A stretch of DNA of 64,000 bases from Azolla caroliniana (lineage: Eukaryota > Plantae > Polypodiophyta). Positions 60,485 to 64,000 of this stretch are shown one piece after another. The stretch's first letter is position 1. The number at the start of each line of letters is the position of its first letter. The stretch is taken from NCBI GenBank assembly GCA_043228905.1, contig JBHGNT010000017.1:5146001-5210000 (forward strand), written 5' to 3'. The position numbers and the translations under genes were made by a program. The notes under the pieces were generated by a model. The model saw only the letters and a program-made list of their open reading frames with translations. It ran no database searches and was not told the origin of the DNA.

Positions 60485-60617
60485 TGTCAGGAACTCTATT
60501 AAGGCAGAGAAGGAATTAGTACTAAAAGAAGGATTAGTACTATTGTTGGGGAATAGTACTAAGACAAAGAAGGATTAGTACTATGAGAGGTGTCGAACTT
60601 TGAGAGAAGGAATGAGT

Positions 60618-60663
<46 letters not shown>

Positions 60664-60889
60664 TGATGCGAAAGATATATGTATTATATGAAGGAAGATA
60701 TACAACAGTAGTTAGAAGGCTTAAGACTGGCGTTGAACCGATTTGGTTCGAACTAATGCCTTGCGCCTCCTTTTATAGTGTCTTCAGGAATACTCCTGAA
60801 GTTTCTAGAATGTTCCAGAGAAATCTGGAATATACATCAATTTCCCAATAAAACCTAAATGAAAATAATATCCTTCAAATTACAATTCA

Positions 60890-60943
60890 TAACCTAATGG
60901 TAAAGTCTCGACCCGTGTAACAAAAGGTTATGGGTTCGAGTCT
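60890..60943 (+). promoter_or_regulatory. tRNA-like A box + B box in chromovirus LTR U3
   Basis: TAACCTAATGG, 32 nt, GGTTCGAGTCT; the A box is more degenerate than in other copies. Confidence 0.55.
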
Positions 60944-60945
60944 AG

Positions 60946-63915
60946 TTATGACACTATCCCCCCTTTAAAACGACGAGTTCCACGAGTCGTTTTGGATTGA
61001 GGACCCGGTTTCTCAGGATATCGTCGATGGAAGTCTTCTAGAAGAGCACGAGCATTAGTCACATTCTCGATCGGTTCCCAAGTACGCTCGCTGGGACTAT
61101 ATCCTAGCCAATCGACTAGATAGTAGAGCTTGTTGCGAACAATCTTGGAATCGAGGATGGCAGCGACCTCATACTCAGGTCCATCTTCGAGCTCGATAGG
61201 AGGTGGTGGTTGTATAGTACGTCCTGGGATAGTGCTCTCGTGATAGGGTTCGAGGAGAGAACTATGAAACACCGGATGTATCCGAAGTTGCGGAGGTAGC
61301 TCGAGACGAAAAGCGACATCATTAATCTTCCCGATAATACGGAAAGGACCTAATCGCCGATAATCCAACTTCTCACATGGGCGAGTAGTCTTGATGTGTC
61401 GTCGTAGCAGCCACACCCGATCTCCAATGTTAAAACTGGATGGAAGTCGATGACGATCTGCGTAGTCCTTGTGTGATTGTTGAGCTTGCTGGAGTTGAGT
61501 AGATAAATCCGCTTGTATCTTGCGTAACCGCTCCAAACGATCCTCCGCGCAAGGATTTGTGGACACTTCTGGGGTTTCAAGGACACACCACCGGGGATGA
61601 TATCCCGTATAAGCGTAGAATGGCGTGACTTTAGTCGATGCGTGGATAGCGTTATTATAGGCAAATTCAGCGAACTGAAGAATATCTGCCCAGTCATTCT
61701 GATGATAGTTGAGAAAGCACCGCAGATACTGCTCCAGTGTTTGATTTGTTCGTTCGGCTTGACCGTCGGTTTGTGGGTGGTAGCCGGAGGAGAGGTTACA
61801 AGTGACCTTCAGCATTTTAAAAAGGTGCTTCCAGAATTTTGACACAAACTGGGGTCCACGATCGCTGATGATATTATCAGGGAGTCCATGATGCCGACAT
61901 ACTTCCCGCATGACAATTTCGGCGGTGTCTTCACTAGATATTTCTTTAGTACATGGTAAGAAATGAGCCATCTTCGTATATCGATCCACCACTGTGAGAA
62001 TCGCACTGAATCCCTTAGAGAATGGAAGATCTGTAATGAAGTCAAGAGCAATGGATTGCCATGGCTTGCTTGGAATTGGTAATGGTTCTAATAAACCATA
62101 TGGATGATGTCTTGGCATTTTCGCTCTGCAGCATGTATCGCAAGTCTGAACAAAATCTTCGACAAATTGTCGCATACGGGGCCACCAGAATGATCGTTGT
62201 ACTAAATCTAATGTTTTAGTACTACCAAAATGTCCTGTTGTATATGTGTCATGGCAGTTTTGTACTACTCGAAGGCGGCAAGAACCATTAGGAACATACA
62301 AAAGTTCTTTAAAGAAGAGTAATCCATCACAGTATTTGAATTGCCGATAATCCGTACCTGGTGATTGTGATTGTGAACATGACGCTCGAGAGGGGTCAAT
62401 TTGTGCTAGTATAGCTTGGGCGAAAGCGTCAGTCTTCAAGTCCTCACGTATAGTATTGGTAATGTCGGAATCCACGGGCATGTCAAAGACCTGTGCTGCT
62501 TGCAGTCGTGCTGGACCCAAGATTACTTGCTTCTGGTTATCGAAAGCTGGCTCACCGGGACGTGGTGTTAGATACGAACGCCGTGATAATGCATCTGCCT
62601 TCCCTTGGTGCTTCCCCGGACGATATGTAATTTTGAAGTCGAAGCGTGTGAGGAAGTGGGCCCACCGAGCTTGACGTCGATTCAGTACACGAGCATCTTG
62701 AAAGTAGGCAAGGTTCTTGTGGTCACTGAATACAGTGACCTGATGAGGAGATCCCTCCAGGAAATGCCTCCATTGCATAAAAGAATCAACTATTGCTAAT
62801 AGCTCTTTATCATGAATTTCGTAGTTGATTTCGGCGGCGTCAAACTTACGGGAGTGGAAAGCCACAGGATGTAGCTTCTCGTCGTTACCCTGTTGTGACA
62901 GAATGCTCCCCAATGCGAAATCCGATGCGTCAGCTTCGATAATGAATGGTTTTTCCGGATCCACATGACCTAAAATTGGAGCTGATGTAAACGCCTTCTT
63001 AAGACTCTCGAAAGCCATGTCCGTCTCTTTAGACCAAATGAATGATTGTCCCTTCCTGGTGAGCTGTGTGAGAGGCAGCACAATTTTTGAGTAATTTTGT
63101 ATGAACTTCCGGTAAAAATTTGCAAAGCCTAGGAAGCATTGCACATCCCGCACCGAACGCGGAGTGTGCCATTCTATCACCGTTTTGACCTTGGCTGGGT
63201 CCATAGATATGCCTTCTGAGGAGATGACATAGCCGAGAAATTCCACTTGGTTGCACCCGAAACTACATTTCTCTAACTTTGCATACAGACCATGTTCTCG
63301 AAGTCGTTTTAGTACTAATAGTACATGAGAATCATGTTCTTCTTGGGTCTTTGAATAAACCAGTAGATCATCCAAATAGATGATCAAAAAATCATCCAAG
63401 AGATCTCGAAATATATCATTCGCCATGTGCTGGAAGACTGCCGGCGCATTAGTGAGTCCGAACGGCATGACCGTATACTCGAAGTGCCCATATCTGGTGC
63501 GAAACGCGGTCTTCCATTCATCTCCTGGTCGGATCCGTACGAGGTTATAGGCTCCTCGTAAGTCGATCTTCGTGAAGAACCTAGCACCGTTGATCCGTTC
63601 TAAAAGACTTGAGATAAGGGGAAGAGCATACCTATTTCTTACTGTGACCTTATTCAAGCCACGGTAATCTACAACGAGTCGAAGCGAGCCATCTTTTTTC
63701 TTGACGAAGAAAATGGGTGCGCCGGCTGGAGATTTCGAATGCCGAATGAAACCGTTCTCCAAATTCTCCTCTATATAGGCTCGAAGGACTTCTAGCTCGG
63801 TTGGTGACAAATTGTAGATTGGCCCCCATGGCGGCTCTTTTCCCGGTTGTAAGTCGATGGCGCAATCGTACGGCCGATGATGAGGAAGTGTGTTGGCTTG
63901 TACTTTATCGAACAC
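60946..63915 (-). CDS. pol: Chromovirus pol: RT, RNase H, integrase, chromodomain (intact, 5' end outside window)
   Basis: 989 uninterrupted codons; MPFGLTNAPAVFQ, YLDD, EADASD, HHCC, DDE, chromodomain. Confidence 0.96.
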   Translation of the reverse strand: MFDKVQANTLPHHRPYDCAIDLQPGKEPPWGPIYNLSPTELEVLRAYIEENLENGFIRHSKSPAGAPIFFVKKKDGSLRLVVDYRGLNKVTVRNRYALPLISSLLERINGARFFTKIDLRGAYNLVRIRPGDEWKTAFRTRYGHFEYTVMPFGLTNAPAVFQHMANDIFRDLLDDFLIIYLDDLLVYSKTQEEHDSHVLLVLKRLREHGLYAKLEKCSFGCNQVEFLGYVISSEGISMDPAKVKTVIEWHTPRSVRDVQCFLGFANFYRKFIQNYSKIVLPLTQLTRKGQSFIWSKETDMAFESLKKAFTSAPILGHVDPEKPFIIEADASDFALGSILSQQGNDEKLHPVAFHSRKFDAAEINYEIHDKELLAIVDSFMQWRHFLEGSPHQVTVFSDHKNLAYFQDARVLNRRQARWAHFLTRFDFKITYRPGKHQGKADALSRRSYLTPRPGEPAFDNQKQVILGPARLQAAQVFDMPVDSDITNTIREDLKTDAFAQAILAQIDPSRASCSQSQSPGTDYRQFKYCDGLLFFKELLYVPNGSCRLRVVQNCHDTYTTGHFGSTKTLDLVQRSFWWPRMRQFVEDFVQTCDTCCRAKMPRHHPYGLLEPLPIPSKPWQSIALDFITDLPFSKGFSAILTVVDRYTKMAHFLPCTKEISSEDTAEIVMREVCRHHGLPDNIISDRGPQFVSKFWKHLFKMLKVTCNLSSGYHPQTDGQAERTNQTLEQYLRCFLNYHQNDWADILQFAEFAYNNAIHASTKVTPFYAYTGYHPRWCVLETPEVSTNPCAEDRLERLRKIQADLSTQLQQAQQSHKDYADRHRLPSSFNIGDRVWLLRRHIKTTRPCEKLDYRRLGPFRIIGKINDVAFRLELPPQLRIHPVFHSSLLEPYHESTIPGRTIQPPPPIELEDGPEYEVAAILDSKIVRNKLYYLVDWLGYSPSERTWEPIENVTNARALLEDFHRRYPEKPGPQSKTTRGTRRFKGGIVS

Positions 63916-64000
63916 ATCAGCATACTGACGATACTTCTCGGGAAGTTGAACGGTGGACTCCTCTTTGGTGGTGCTGGAGGGTTGTACTGATATTGCGAAG

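Larger units (their letters stand above)
60485..64000 (-). mobile_element. Chromovirus, 3' part (LTR 60485-60953, PPT, intact pol), continues beyond the window
   Basis: LTR tgtca...tgaca; PPT aaaggggggatag; open pol frame. Confidence 0.96.

Noticed and set aside
1-64000. Window-spanning inverted repeat formed by the two terminal chromoviruses
   Set aside because: Their LTRs differ; independent insertions of an abundant family explain it.

Overview
Eukaryotic, gene-free heterochromatin-like DNA made almost entirely of nested transposable elements. The mix of elements suggests a land plant, probably a moss such as Physcomitrium (inference, not tested). Contents: (i) three Ty3/Gypsy chromoviruses (RT-RH-INT-chromodomain), where the one visible primer site looks self-priming; (ii) a complete tRNA-Trp-primed non-chromovirus Gypsy (51143-58156, 4-bp TSD, -1 frameshift between protease and RT) and three related gag-bearing copies; (iii) several Ty1/Copia elements, solo LTRs and fragments, including a Copia nested in a Copia; (iv) two inverted copies of a large two-gene DNA transposon. 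Copy A (32083-44513) is complete, with Ac/Ds-like terminal inverted repeats, a spliced Sola2-like DDD transposase, a convergent gene ending in an FCP1/NIF-like phosphatase-fold domain, and introns filled with TAGCTAATTAGCTA palindrome arrays or a telomere-like satellite; (v) a small non-autonomous hAT element. The most notable observations are this two-gene transposon and an antisense tRNA-type Pol III promoter (A box + B box, 32-33 nt apart) conserved near the U3 end of the LTRs of two unrelated Gypsy lineages. All coordinates and alignments were read by eye; no database searches were run.
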